64,000 bases of DNA from Camelus ferus (taxonomy: Eukaryota). The DNA lies in contig NC_045704.1 in NCBI RefSeq assembly GCF_009834535.1, positions 16,678,001-16,742,000 of the forward strand, read 5' to 3'. The translations under genes and the position numbers were made by a program. The notes below the pieces were generated by a model that ran no database searches, was not told where the DNA came from, and worked only from the letters and a program-made list of their open reading frames with translations. How positions within the stretch are numbered: the first letter of the stretch is position 1; each line of letters starts with the position of its first letter. Positions 34,601 through 43,559 of this stretch are shown piece after piece.

Positions 34601-37600
34601 TGACTGGTGGTCCATGGAGCCCTTCCAGAGCTGGGAGGAAGGTGGGGCAAGCCAGGAGACTGGCCACGATGGCCACCCCGTGTACTTAGTCAGTGCCACT
34701 GGCCGTGGCTCCGAGTACCTCGCCACCTCCTCTGGAGGACGTGTCTGCTGTTGGGCTGAGGCCCGATTCCTCCTCCCCCAGGTACCTCATGGCAGGGCCA
34801 GACTCGAGCAGCGAGGATGAGGGGGGCTCTCACAGCGGTGGCAGCGGGGATGAAGCCCCCAAGCCTCCCCGGAAGGTCCGGTGCCCTCTGTGTGGGTGGG
34901 GGAGGGCGGGGCGGGAGGAGGACTCGGGTATGTTGTGGTACCCCAGACTCCCCACTCCTGCCTTCTGTGGGCACACACCCGCGATGCCCCTTCCCTCACT
35001 GACCCAGCCTCCCTCCTCAGCGCCCCCAGACCAAAGCCAAGCCCCCTCAGGCAGCAGGACCCAGCTCACCCCAGAGACCCCCAACCCCAGGAGAGACCAA
35101 ACCAGCCTCACCAGGGACCCAGGAAGATGCTGGCACTGAGGGGGAGCAGTCAGGTCAGAGCCTAATGGAGGAGGGGCCGGGGGCCTGGACTCCTGGTCTG
35201 AGGAGGAGGGACCAGAGACTCAGACTCCCTTATCTAAAAGGAGAAGGAGCTCAAAGCCTGAGCTCTTGGGTCTCAGGGAGGTGGGGCTGGATCCCAGACA
35301 GTGGATCTGGGGAAGTGGGGCTGAGGGGCCCTGATAACTGGATCTGGAAGGCAACTGAGCTTGACGGTTAGGATGCCTACATCTGTGCTCAGGCATGAGG
35401 CTGGGAGGGAGGGTCCCATAGGACAAGGCAGTGGCCTTGTGTTGACTAAGCTTCCACCCACAGGACAGGACCATGGGGGTGAAGATTCTGGGGACACTGA
35501 GGATGAGCTGAGAAGGTAGGATTATGGCTGGGGGTCAGGGTGGCTCCAGCCTTGGGCAGAGGCAGATATGGTTGGCGTGCTCTACCCCCACCCCTGTTGT
35601 CTCCCCCAGGGTGGCTGAGCAGAAGGAACACAGGCAGCCTCCTGGCCAGGGGGAGAATGGTGAGGACCCGTATGCCGGATCCACGGATGAGAACACAGAC
35701 AATGAAGGTCCCCCAGAGTCTCCTGACCTGCCAATTCCCGAGCTACCAGGTAGTAACTCCTTCCTCCTGATGTGGGATTTGGCCCTGTCACTTCTCTGCC
35801 ATGACTTGCCCCAGCCAGGCCTGGGATGGCTACTGCCCTCCGTGACTTGTCTCCCAGTCTCCTCACTCCCACTCCCGAGCCTTTGCCCTCTCTTTGTCCT
35901 CTGGAGCCATCCCCCTCCCTCCAGCATCCTCTTCTGCTTCCCTTGTCCCCTCCTGACTTCTGTGACCACCTCCATCACAGCCCAGCCCCAGGCGTGACCT
36001 CCTTTGGCTTTCCACTCCCTCATGCCACAGCGTCCCCCTCCCTAGGCTTCAGGACTACCTGGGGGCTTCTAAGATCTGCAGGTGCCCAGGCCCCAAACCC
36101 CAGATTCAGTTTTGTCAGTGTGGCAGGGGGCCTGGGCACACAGACAATGTGGGCACTAATCTCTGTTGGAACCTACATGGTGCTGGTATGGTTATCTGTC
36201 ACCCCAGATATAAACATGGGGGGTGTGGGGCAGGAGTCAGAGCCTCTGCCAGTCAAGAATGGAGGGAGAGTGGGCAGTCAGAGGGTCCGAGCAGAGGTGA
36301 GGTTCAGTGGCCCCTGAGAGAAGCCGTTTCCACCCCGTTCCTTGTGGGTGATGGGCAGGAAGGTACTTTGATCCTCCAAAGCCTCAGACGTGGCATTGGG
36401 AAGCTGATGGAGAGTCACGTGAAACCAGAATGAAGAAAGAGCCAGCCTGAAGGTCAGAGCCAGAGAAGGCACAGGTGAAAAGGAGTGCGACAGCCATGGT
36501 GAGGAAGTAGCAGGCTGTAAAATTTCCAACACGGGCCAAGCTAATGAAGTGATTTACCTCGTGTAAGAGACGTGTTGCAAAAGTAGTAATTGTGTCTTTT
36601 ACCATTAAGGCAAAAAAACAAAAAAAAACAAAAAACAAAAACAAACAACTCCCCAGAGGCTCAGATGGGCCTGGCTAGAAGCACTGCTCATCATGGATTC
36701 TTCCCGCACCAGGGTGTGCATGGACACCCCCATCCCCTCTCCGGCCTTCCTGTCTTGCCTCCGTGTGTTGGCTGGCTGCTGGCTGGTACCTTGGAGCTCC
36801 AGGGGCCTCATGCTCGGCTCTTCCCCTGTCGCCCTTGCAGACTTCTTCCAGGGCAAACACTTCTTCCTGTACGGGGAGTTCCCTGGGGACGAGCGGCGGA
36901 CGCTGAGCCGATATGTCACAGCCTTCAATGGGTCAGTCTCTGGGGGAGGGGGTGTGTTAGGTTGAGGAAGGCCACTCGGAGGATGGCGAAGGGGCATGTC
37001 CTGCAGGATGGGCACAGGCCATGGAGCCTGATGCCAGCCTGCTCGCTCTGCCCAGTGGCCCTGGATGCACAGCTTCCTCTGCTTTCCTCTTCTCCAAAGT
37101 ACGGCTCCCCACCACCCTTCTGGAAGGACTGGTGACAGTGGGAGCTGCCAGTTTTGTGGCTGTGGCAAAAGTGGCACGTGGGAGAGTGGGGGACCCACAG
37201 GTGGTCCATAGGGGACATAGGTGGGGACAGAGAGAGGATTGGCCTTTGAGGATGGTTGGGGAGTAGGGTTTCAAGAGGGGGAAGGGGGACACCGATTCTC
37301 TGCCTCTTTCTGCCTCCTGCCAGGGAGCTTGAGGACTATATGAGCGACCGGGTCCAGTTTGTGATCACGGCACAGGAGTGGGACCCCAGCTTTGAGGAGG
37401 TGAGTCCCAGAGGGAGACCCAACCTGCCTTCGCATCCCCTCCATCCCCTCCTGGCTCACCAGTTCCCGTGTGTGCCCCACCCAACAACGCAGGCCTTGAT
37501 GGACAATCCCTCCTTGGTGTTCGTCCGTCCCCGATGGATTTACAGCTGCAACGAGAAGCAGAAGTTACTTCCCTACCAGCTCTACGGGGTGGTGCCCCAG

Positions 37601-37606
37601 GCCTGA
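16315..37606 (+). CDS. XRCC1: DNA repair scaffold XRCC1, 631 aa, 17 exons; join(16315..16365,17222..17314,25245..25355,29681..29839,30745..30822,30919..31024,31217..31326,31402..31513,31628..31886,32161..32277,34782..34875,35021..35153,35464..35515,35610..35749,36841..36931,37324..37399,37493..37606)
   Basis: MPEIRLRHVVSCSSQDS...LYGVVPQA*; NTD, BRCT1 and BRCT2 recognisable; all GT-AG; 1896 nt in frame. Confidence 0.98.
17222..17314 (+). CDS. XRCC1: XRCC1 exon 2
   Basis: AHCAENLLKADTYRKWRAAKAGEKTISVVLQ|gtgatc. Confidence 0.95.
18440..18740. mobile_element. Two MIR fragments (- then +)
   Basis: CCCCATTTTATGATGAGGAAACTAGGCCCAGAGAGGTTA (-); TGTGACCTCGGGC...GTTTTCTCATATGT (+). Confidence 0.7.
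18800..19790 (-). mobile_element. L2 LINE fragments
   Basis: GAAGGCCTCCCTGAGAAGCTGACATTGAGC, GCCATTGTAAGGATTTAAGCTTTTACTCTG, reverse L2 landmarks. Confidence 0.75.
20250..21678 (-). mobile_element. Old L1 3' fragments (L1ME/L1MB-like)
   Basis: TTCATCACCCCAAAAAGAAACC...CTACTGATCTACTTTCTGTCTCTATGGATTTG...TGGACATTTGGGTTGTTTCC. Confidence 0.8.
22060..22563 (+). mobile_element. MaLR LTR (MLT1D-like), full length
   Basis: TGTGGTA..GATAATGG...GGCAAAAGGGACTTTGCAGATGTG...TTTGTGGTAATTTGTTA..GCAGCA..GGA.ACTAATA. Confidence 0.85.
22590..23037 (-). mobile_element. Younger artiodactyl/camelid L1 3' end
   Basis: Poly-T then ATTGAAATATAGTTGATTT...TTAGTTTCAGGTGTACA...CTCTAGGTCCATC..TGTTGCTGCAAATGGCATTATTT. 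Confidence 0.85.
23400..23800 (-). mobile_element. L2 LINE fragment
   Basis: CCCTGCCCTCATGGAGCT...GGAACAGCAGGTGCAAAGGCCCTG. Confidence 0.75.
24690..24850 (-). mobile_element. MIR SINE fragment
   Basis: TTACAGATGAGGAAACTGAGGCTCCAAGAGGTTA...ACAGCTAG. Confidence 0.8.
25245..25355 (+). CDS. XRCC1: XRCC1 exon 3
   Basis: LEKEEQIHSVDIGNDGSAFVEVLVGSSAGGAAEQDYE|gtaagc. Confidence 0.95.
25908..26460 (-). mobile_element. Old L1 3' fragment (L1MC/ME-like)
   Basis: TTGAGGTATATTTTACA..., CCACTGATCT..TTCTGTCACTACAGACTAGTTTTGCCTGTCCTAGAA. Confidence 0.75.
27180..27570 (-). mobile_element. MaLR LTR fragment (MLT1K/L-like)
   Basis: GGTTACAAGATGATTGCC, CCCAGAAGCCTCCAGCAGGCTTCC, ATTGGCCAG..CTGGGTCATGTGCC. 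Confidence 0.65.
27721..27969 (-). mobile_element. Camelid-type L1 3' end running into assembly gap
   Basis: TTTATTGACGTATAGTCAGTTTACAATGTTGT...CTGGCTTACTTCACTTAGAATGACAATCTCCAGGTCCATCCAT. Confidence 0.85.
27970..28125. other. Assembly gap (N x156)
   Basis: Run of N. Confidence 1.
29166..29179 (-). promoter_or_regulatory. CTCF motif (reverse orientation), XRCC1 intron 3
   Basis: Minus strand CCAACAGGGGGCGC, one mismatch to CCACCAGGGGGCGC; CpGs retained. Confidence 0.65.
29681..29839 (+). CDS. XRCC1: XRCC1 exon 4
   Basis: VLLVTSSFMSPSESRSGSNPNRVRIFGPDKLVRAAAEKRWDRVKIVCSQPYSK|gtacct. Confidence 0.95.
30745..30822 (+). CDS. XRCC1: XRCC1 exon 5
   Basis: DAPYGLSFIRFHSPPDKDEAEASSSQ|gtaagc. Confidence 0.93.
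30919..31024 (+). CDS. XRCC1: XRCC1 exon 6
   Basis: KVTKLGQFRVKEEDESPSSLRPGALFFSRINKTLP|gtgagt. Confidence 0.92.
31071..31117 (+). repeat. Near-perfect MSR1 minisatellite unit (37 bp) plus partial second unit
   Basis: GGACTCCTGGGTCTGAGGGAGGAGGGGCTGGGGACCC-AGACTCCTGG. Confidence 0.75.
31217..31326 (+). CDS. XRCC1: XRCC1 exon 7
   Basis: VTASEPAGPSYAAATLQASSAASSASPASKAVGSTSK|gtgagg. Confidence 0.93.
31402..31513 (+). CDS. XRCC1: XRCC1 exon 8 (bipartite NLS region)
   Basis: PQESPKGKRKLDLNQEEKKTSSKPPAQPSPPSLKRPK|gtgagc. Confidence 0.93.
31628..31886 (+). CDS. XRCC1: XRCC1 exon 9 (BRCT1 start)
   Basis: ...ELGKILQGVVVVLSGFQNPFRSELRDKALELGAKYRPDWTPDSTHL|gtaggc. Confidence 0.95.
32161..32277 (+). 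CDS. XRCC1: XRCC1 exon 10
   Basis: CAFANTPKYSQVLGLGGRIVRKEWVLDCHRMRRRLPSR|gtgagg (Arg at the human 399 position). Confidence 0.95.
32722..32860 (+). mobile_element. Camelid tRNA-derived SINE (Vic-1-like), degenerate 5' end
   Basis: TAGCATGCACGAGGTCCTGGGTTCAATCGCCAGTACCTCCATT plus A-rich tail. Confidence 0.8.
32870..33240 (-). mobile_element. L2 LINE fragment
   Basis: GAGATTTGCCAGGC..., CAGGAGCCATAAAGTGCTTTTGAGCTGGG. Confidence 0.6.
33293..33600. mobile_element. TcMar-Tigger MITE (MER46C-like)
   Basis: TTTATCCCACTAAG, CACTGGGGGTGTTAT, CTAAAATCTGAAAAATTC landmarks; family from memory. Confidence 0.6.
34782..34875 (+). CDS. XRCC1: XRCC1 exon 11
   Basis: YLMAGPDSSSEDEGGSHSGGSGDEAPKPPRK|gtccgg. 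Confidence 0.93.
35021..35153 (+). CDS. XRCC1: XRCC1 exon 12
   Basis: RPQTKAKPPQAAGPSSPQRPPTPGETKPASPGTQEDAGTEGEQS|gtcaga. Confidence 0.9.
35464..35515 (+). CDS. XRCC1: XRCC1 exon 13
   Basis: GQDHGGEDSGDTEDELR|gtagga. Confidence 0.9.
35610..35749 (+). CDS. XRCC1: XRCC1 exon 14 (CK2/FHA-binding motif)
   Basis: VAEQKEHRQPPGQGENGEDPYAGSTDENTDNEGPPESPDLPIPELP|gtagta. Confidence 0.93.
36841..36931 (+). CDS. XRCC1: XRCC1 exon 15 (BRCT2)
   Basis: DFFQGKHFFLYGEFPGDERRTLSRYVTAFNG|gtcagt. Confidence 0.95.
37324..37399 (+). CDS. XRCC1: XRCC1 exon 16
   Basis: ELEDYMSDRVQFVITAQEWDPSFEE|gtgagt. Confidence 0.95.
37493..37606 (+). CDS. XRCC1: XRCC1 exon 17
   Basis: ALMDNPSLVFVRPRWIYSCNEKQKLLPYQLYGVVPQA*. 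Confidence 0.95.
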   Translation, partial: ALMDNPSLVFVRPRWIYSCNEKQKLLPYQLYGVVPQA

Positions 37607-37645
37607 AGCATATGCTTGTGCGCACGTGTACACACACACGAGGTT

Positions 37646-37651
37646 AATAAA
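37646..37651 (+). terminator. XRCC1: XRCC1 poly(A) signal
   Basis: AATAAA 39 nt after the stop, with GU/U-rich sequence downstream. Confidence 0.85.
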
Positions 37652-38240
37652 GGTGACTTGGTTTGGAGCAGCTGTCCCTCTCACTTGAGTCTCCCAGAAC
37701 CCCCAATAGGCTCCCAGCTTTCAGTCTTTTGTTTGGTTTTTCTTCCCCTCTGAGAGCCAGGTCTTCCGACTGCCTGGTGACTCCTGCGCTGGGGTCCCGG
37801 AAGAACAAAGGGCTCTCTATCCGGGTCTGGTAGGGGAGGAGTTCTTTGTCACTTCTCCCTGGCCCCTCATCCCTATGGTGGCAGGTGGCAGGGAATTGGG
37901 AATCTGATGCTCGGCACCACCCCTCTGCTGGTTCTGATGCTCTGAGCGCATTCCTGTGTCTTGGTTGTCCCTCTGTGGGTCCTGGGCTGCAGTCCAGGAT
38001 GCTCAGGGGGTGAGCCTCTCTCTTGAAGTCTCAGCTCCCCTGGGCCAGGGACATCTCCCTTTCTCCAGGGCTCTCAGAAGTAGCTGGGTAACCATTATCA
38101 GCCTAGTTTTACATCATCTCTTTTGGGAGGTAGAAATGCGGGAATGGGCACTTTAATCAACCCACCCAAATCCTGAACCCCTTCAAGGCTGCACCATATT
38201 CAAGGTGGGAACTGAGCTGGGTGTTAGAGAATCAGAGTAG

Positions 38241-38319
38241 GGGGGCATGGTATAGCTCAGTGGTAGAGTGTGTGCTTAGCATGCTCGAGGTTCAGTCCCC
38301 TGTACCTCCATTAAAAAAA
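38241..38319 (+). mobile_element. Camelid tRNA-derived SINE (Vic-1-like) with TSD
   Basis: GGGGGCATGGTATAGCTCAGTGGTAGAG (A box)...CCTCCATTAAAAAAAA; TSD AATCAG(A/T)GTAG at 38230-38240 and 38320-38330. Confidence 0.88.
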
Positions 38320-38764
38320 AATCAGTGTAGAAGATGAGAAGGCGTTCTGGCAGGGGCCACAGTGTGGGTGAAGGCCAGGAAGTGGGAACCACCCTGGTGC
38401 CTGGGGGCAGTTGAAGGAGTGTTGCCCCTTTGGTGACAAGGCTTTAGGGATAGATGTAGCTGGAAAGGTGGGCCCAGTCCGTGTAGCTGTGTCATCTAGT
38501 GCAGTAGCCAGTGGCCACAGGTGGCTATTTAAACTTAACAACAATGAAATGAAAGGAAGAATTCACTTCCCCAGTCACACTGGTCACAGCTCACTGGCTG
38601 CTGGGCTGGACAGCACAAATGGAGAACATTGCCGTCACTGTAGAAAGCAAGAAGACAGGGCTGTCCCAAAGGGCTGTGGACAGCAGGCCGAGAAGCTTGG
38701 ACTTCATCCTGGGAGTGGGAAGGTCAGGAAGAGGTCGTAGCGCAAAGGGCAGGGTCAGAGCCAG

Positions 38765-39203
38765 GTAGCAAATTTCCACAAACTTAGTATCTTAACAAAA
38801 GAAATGTGTAACTCTAGGTCTGGCACACTAGGCTAAACATCAGTGTGTTGGCAGGGCTGCTCTCCTTCCAGAGGCTTCGGGAGACAGTCTTTGTTCTGGT
38901 ATCTTCTAGTTTCTAGCAGCTGCCTACGTTCCATTCATCTTCCATCTTCAAAGCCAGCAGCAGCCAGTTGAGTCTCAGGCTGTATCACTGACACTGATTT
39001 CTGTCTCATTTTCCACGCTTGAAGATCCTGCTGATTACACTGCACCTGCCCGGATAACCTGGGATAATCTCCTTGTTTTAAAGTCAGCTGATTAACAACC
39101 TTAATTCCTTTGCTGCCTTAATTCACCTTTGCCATGTAACATATTCGTAGGTTCCAGGGATTAGGACGTGAGCATCTGTGGGAGGCCATTATTCTGCCAA
39201 CCA
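38765..39203 (-). mobile_element. MaLR LTR (MLT1C/D-like)
   Basis: TCTTCCATCTTCAAAGCCAGCA, GATAATCTCC..TTTTAAAGTCAGCTGATTA, GGAGGCCATTATTCTGCCAACCAC. Confidence 0.8.
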
Positions 39204-39264
39204 CGCTTACCACGTGTGAAACACATGGAGCTCAGATGTGTGAAAAAACAGACATGAGTCCCTG

Positions 39265-39450
39265 ATTTTATTTATTTTTTAATATTTTAGATTTTTAAAT
39301 TATTTTTTGTAGGGGAGAGAAGTTAATTAGGTTTGTTTGTTTATTTATTTATTTGTTTATTTATTTATTTAATGGAGGTACTGGGGACTGAACCCAGGAC
39401 CTCGTGCATGCTAAGCATGTGCTCTACCACTGAGCTATACCCTCCACTCT
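39265..39450 (-). mobile_element. Camelid tRNA-derived SINE (Vic-1-like) with (TTTA)n tail and TSD
   Basis: Reverse of TATAGCTCAGTGGTAGAGCACATGCTTAGCATGCACGAGGTCCTGGGTTCAG; TSD ATGAGTCCCTG at 39254-39264 and 39451-39461. Confidence 0.9.
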
Positions 39451-39762
39451 ATGAGTCCCTGCTTTTAAGGGGCTGAGGTTTTGCTGGAGGAGAGAGATGG
39501 TGGGTGCCCTGCAGCGTTGGGCAGTGATAAATGCTACATGAGCAGAAAAAGCAGGGCAGTGTCATACAGAGAGTAGAGTGATAGGGTCATCAGGGAAGGC
39601 GACTCAGGACTCACCCCTCTGCAGGCACTTGGGAGAAGTAAGGGAGGGGGTGGGGGAGCCATTCCAGGCAGAGGAAAAGCAAGTGCAAAGGTCCTCAAGG
39701 CAGAACACGTGCAAAGAGCAGCAGGGCTTTGTCAGGAGGCCCAGCATCCACCCTGACTCCAC

Positions 39763-39778
39763 GCTGCCCCCTGGTTTG
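39763..39778 (-). promoter_or_regulatory. Weaker CTCF-like motif (reverse)
   Basis: Minus strand CAAACCAGGGGGCAGC; core mismatches at the leading CC. Confidence 0.35.
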
Positions 39779-40368
39779 GTTGTGGCCAAATCCCATCTCT
39801 CTTAACCCTCAGCTTTCGCATCTGGACCAGGTAAGGTTGGACCAGATCGGCACCTCTCAAATGAATTTGTGTCCTCGAAACGCTGATGGTAGTGGTTGCT
39901 TTGGAGGAAATCTTCCAGGACACAAGCCATACTGCCGGGTTTGCAGGAGGGATCCTTCTCCTCCCCCAAGGCCTTGCTGAGTAGCCCCCGGTCCCTCAGC
40001 CTAATTGGTTCCATCCTTCTGCTGGGGATTCCACAAACCATCTCATCCTGTCCTCCATTTCTGATATGAGCTCAAACAGTAGTTCCTCAAGGTCTTTCCT
40101 AACCCTCTGTCTAACAGGAAATGCCAGGTATACACCCTTGTAATACTGTGTGTATCTCATAGTTTGTAACTTGGTTTGCTTATGGTCACATATACCAGTC
40201 TTTACAATTTGTACTTTTTGTGTCTTAAACGATAACTTTGTCTACCTCTGAGGTTACTATGATATTCTCCTTTATTTCCATCTAAATGCTTTAGAGTTTT
40301 GTCTTTCAAACTCAGATCTTAGGTCACTGGAAACTTATTTTTGTGTGTGCTCTTGGGGTAGAGATCTT

Positions 40369-40825
40369 TGTCAGTTTCTACGCTGCCTGTAACAAACTAC
40401 CTCAAGCATAGTGGCTTTAAACAACACATATTTATTTTCTTACAGTTCTGGAGATTGGTAGTCCAAAGTCAGTCTGAGTGGGCTAAAATCATGGTGCCGG
40501 CTGGGCTATGTTCCTTCTGTAATCCCTAAATGAGGATCCATTGCCTCTTCTAGCATCTAAAAGCCGCATGCAGTCCTTGACTCTTGGCCCCGCATCACTC
40601 CAGTCTCTGCTTCCATTGTCACATCTCCCACTCTGATTCTTCCACTCTTTCCCCTGTAAGGACCCTTGTGATTCCATTGGGCCTACTGGAATAATCAGGA
40701 TCATCTCCCATCTCAACATAAGACCCTCCAGCACATCTGCAAAGTCCCTTCTGCCACGTGTGTGCCAACATACTGGTTCTGGGGATTAGGAGCAGCTTTG
40801 AGGGAACCATCATTCTGCCTACCAC
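40369..40825 (-). mobile_element. MaLR LTR (MLT1D-like)
   Basis: GCTGCCTGTAACAAACTACC..TAGTGGCTTTAAACAACAC...CATTCTGCCTACCACA. Confidence 0.82.
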
Positions 40826-40898
40826 AGGATCCCATTTAATTTTCTTCCCTATCAGCTCATTCACAGATCAGCCTATCCTTTCCCAACTCATCTACAGG

Positions 40899-40970
40899 AG
40901 GGGCTGGCAAACCACAGTCCACAGGCAAAATCCAGCCCATCTACTATTTTTGTAAATAAGGTTTTATGAG
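40899..40970 (+). mobile_element. hAT MER58A-like fragment
   Basis: AGGGCTGGCAAAC..CAG.CCACAGGCAAAATCCAGCCC..TTTTTGTAAATAAGGTTTTAT. Confidence 0.65.
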
Positions 40971-41494
40971 AATGCCTCATAAGCACAGGTCTGTATCTGA
41001 GCGCTCAGTGCCCTCCCACTAGCCTGCACCACCAGCCTCATTACCACAGCTTTGTAATCATTCTTGGTGAGAGGGGAGACAAGGCTCCCTACTTGATTTT
41101 CAAAGTGGACTCGGCTCCTTTACCTTGTTTTTGCCACGACTTGACTGGTGTCCACTTCCCTCACTAGACCAGATCTGTCTGGCCCACTGCTGTGTTCCTA
41201 ACACCCTGTGTGCGGCCCTGCACACAGTACCTGCTTAATACACATCTGTAGAATGAAGAACAGTCCAAAATCAGCTCAGTCATCCTTGTTTTACAGCTGG
41301 AGAAACAGGCTCCAAGAGGGGAACTGTCTGCCTGAGATGATGCTTGTGGAGGCCCTATAACACTCTCGTTTTATAGATAAGGCATCTAAGTCTGGAGATG
41401 TGACAGAGCTTGTCTGCGACCCTGAGGCTCTTAAGTAGTGGGTCAGGGCTGGCGCCAAAGCTCAGGCTTTAAAAAGATTTTTATGCTATCGGTA

Positions 41495-41885
41495 GTATAC
41501 CTCTTTGTTCTTGCTTTTATCGCTTAGTATTATCTTGGGAATCCTTCCATGTCAGTACATGTAGAGCTGCAGTTTTTTCCCCTACAGCTACATCTTCCAT
41601 TCTCTGGCCGAACTGGAATTCCTTAGCTGGTCCCCTACTGATGGGCATTCAGGCTGTTTCCCGTCTTTGGCCACAGCCTCCACACTGCAGTGAACATCCT
41701 TACTCTCATACCTTTTTTCACGTGTTTGAGTTTATCTAAAGGATAAATTCCTAGAAGTGCGATAGGTGACATGAGCATATGTGCATTTTGTTTCTTATAG
41801 ATACAGTCAATGGCCAAAGTGCAGGCACTAATTTAAACTCCCAACAATAAGGAGAGAACCTGTTTCCCCACACTCTTCAGCACAC
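41495..41885 (-). mobile_element. Old L1 (L1ME-like) fragment
   Basis: GATGGGCATTCAGGCTGTTTCC, GGATAAATTCCTAGAAGTG, AAACTCCCAACAA. Confidence 0.7.
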
Positions 41886-42133
41886 GATGCCCACAGGTGT
41901 TTTAACCTTGCCATATGATTAAGTGGGAAAAACCAGAGCCAGGGCTTTCAAACCACACCTCCAGGTCCATGGTTTGGGGCCCAGGACTAACTCTGTGGAT
42001 GGCGCTTTCCCTTCCCAACCCCACCCCGAAACAACGAGGTCCTCCGCCTTCTAAGTTAGAGCCAGTGTGGGGCCAACCTCCCTTCCGGCTATCTGCAAGA
42101 GGCAAGTCCATACAGGCTTAGAGATGCCACCTC

Positions 42134-42139
42134 TTTATT
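42134..42139 (-). terminator. ZNF575: ZNF575 poly(A) signal
   Basis: AATAAA on minus strand 45 nt after the stop. Confidence 0.8.
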
Positions 42140-42184
42140 GATCGGGGCTGGCGGCAGAGGGAGCCAGTGAGCCAAGGGGTGGGC

Positions 42185-42843
42185 TCACTCCCGCTCCCCC
42201 TGGCTCTCAGCCTGGTGGTGGCTTCGTTGGTGAAGGAGTAGGAGGCGTCTCTGGCCAAATGCCTGGCCGCAGCTGGAGCAGCGATGCCGGGCAGTGGCCT
42301 GGCTGCCCGGTGCGGTGGGGGGATCGTGACATAGGCGATGGGCGGCCAGCTTGGAGGGGAATGAAAAAGCTTTGGGGCAGTGTGGGCAAGGATAGGGGCG
42401 GGCGTCCGTGGCATGGTGCGTGTGGCGGTGGGCTGCCAGCTTGGAGGGGTAGCAGAAGGACTTGGGGCAGTCGGGGCACGGGTAGGGGCGGGCGGGCGCG
42501 TGGGTCCAGAGGTGGGCTGCCAGCTTGGATCGGTGGCCAAAGGCCTTTGGGCAGTGCGGGCACGGGTGGGGGCGGGCGCCGCTGTGCGTGAGGCGATGGG
42601 CTGCCAGCTTGGAGGGGTAGGAGAAGGCCTTGGGGCAGTCGGGGCACGGGTGGGGGCGGGCGCCGCCGTGCGCCAACCGGTGCGTGGCCAGCTTGGACGG
42701 GTATGAGAAGGCCTTGTCACAGTCGGGGCAGCGGTGCGGGCGCTGGGGCGGGGGCCGCCGGCGGGGTCGGGAAGGCGCCCCCGCGGATGTGTTGGGCCCT
42801 GGAACCGACTGGCTGGGCTTCTGCGTCAGGCCCTGGTCGGGAG
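42185..42843 (-). CDS. ZNF575: ZNF575 last coding exon
   Basis: Acceptor ctgtcccctag|; six CxxC..HxxxH fingers. Confidence 0.95.
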
Positions 42844-43407
42844 CTAGGGGACAGGAGGGTTGGTGGGCTCCAGGAAGCAGCCAACGCCCTGAGTCTAGAC
42901 CGCTCTCCCCTTCGACCTTGATATTCCAGTGTACCTGGGCACCTCAAGAATCAGCGAGATTCCCCAAATGGCATATTCCTGCCCCTCACCCCTCTGCCAT
43001 GCATCATCCTAAGAGACTCCAAAGGGTTACCTAGCTGGACCCCAGAGCTGAGGCTTCCCCGAAGCTAAGATGTCCGTTTCTAGTATCTTCCCAAGTGATC
43101 ACCCGGAAATCCTTCATGTCATCTCCCCTGTCCCTCCTGTAATTTCTTGAGCCCTAGAAGTGATCGCTGAGATCCCCAAAGACTACCTGGAGGACTCCCC
43201 AGAATGTCGCGTTTCTGGGATCCGAAATGGTTATCACCCTGAGCCCTTAAACTTTCACCCTGAGATTCCCTCTTAGTCCCAATTCCTGAAAAATGACCCC
43301 TACCCACAGATGGGGCCGCGCTCACCTTCTCCCTTGGTCACAGGCTCCTTGCCAGTGGGACTAGGATCCGTGACCCCGGCCGCAGACTCCACATCGCGCT
43401 CCTGCAT
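42185..43407 (-). CDS. ZNF575: Zinc finger protein 575, 246 aa, six C2H2 fingers; complement(join(43326..43407,42185..42843))
   Basis: MQERDVESAAGVTDPSPTGKEPVTKGE|APDQG...CPDCDKAFSYPSKLATHRLAHGGARPHPCPDC...HQRSHHQAESQGERE*; phase-1 GT-AG intron; 741 nt. Confidence 0.95.
43326..43407 (-). CDS. ZNF575: ZNF575 first coding exon (exon starts 43424)
   Basis: Acceptor ctgtag| at 43425, aagATG 43407, donor G|gtgagc. Confidence 0.9.
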
Positions 43408-43559
43408 CTTGCTGACCCAGGAACCTACAGGGAGGGCCTAGGGCGGGAGAGGAGGTGACGCCGGTGGTTATTAGGCTGTTGGGGATAGGGCTAGAGGGCC
43501 TATAGTCAGGGGTCAGTCTGCTTTGGAGCAGGGTCTATTTAAGTCTGGAATTCTATAAA

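Noticed and set aside
38241-38319. tRNA-like sequence (A box TAGCTCAGTGG) as a tRNA gene; same for 32722, 39265, 47620 and 53810
   Set aside because: A-rich tails, target-site duplications, decayed B box and no complete cloverleaf; these are SINEs.
42118-42720. Several ORFs in other frames or on the other strand over ZNF575
   Set aside because: Shadows of the GC-rich, internally repeated zinc-finger exon.
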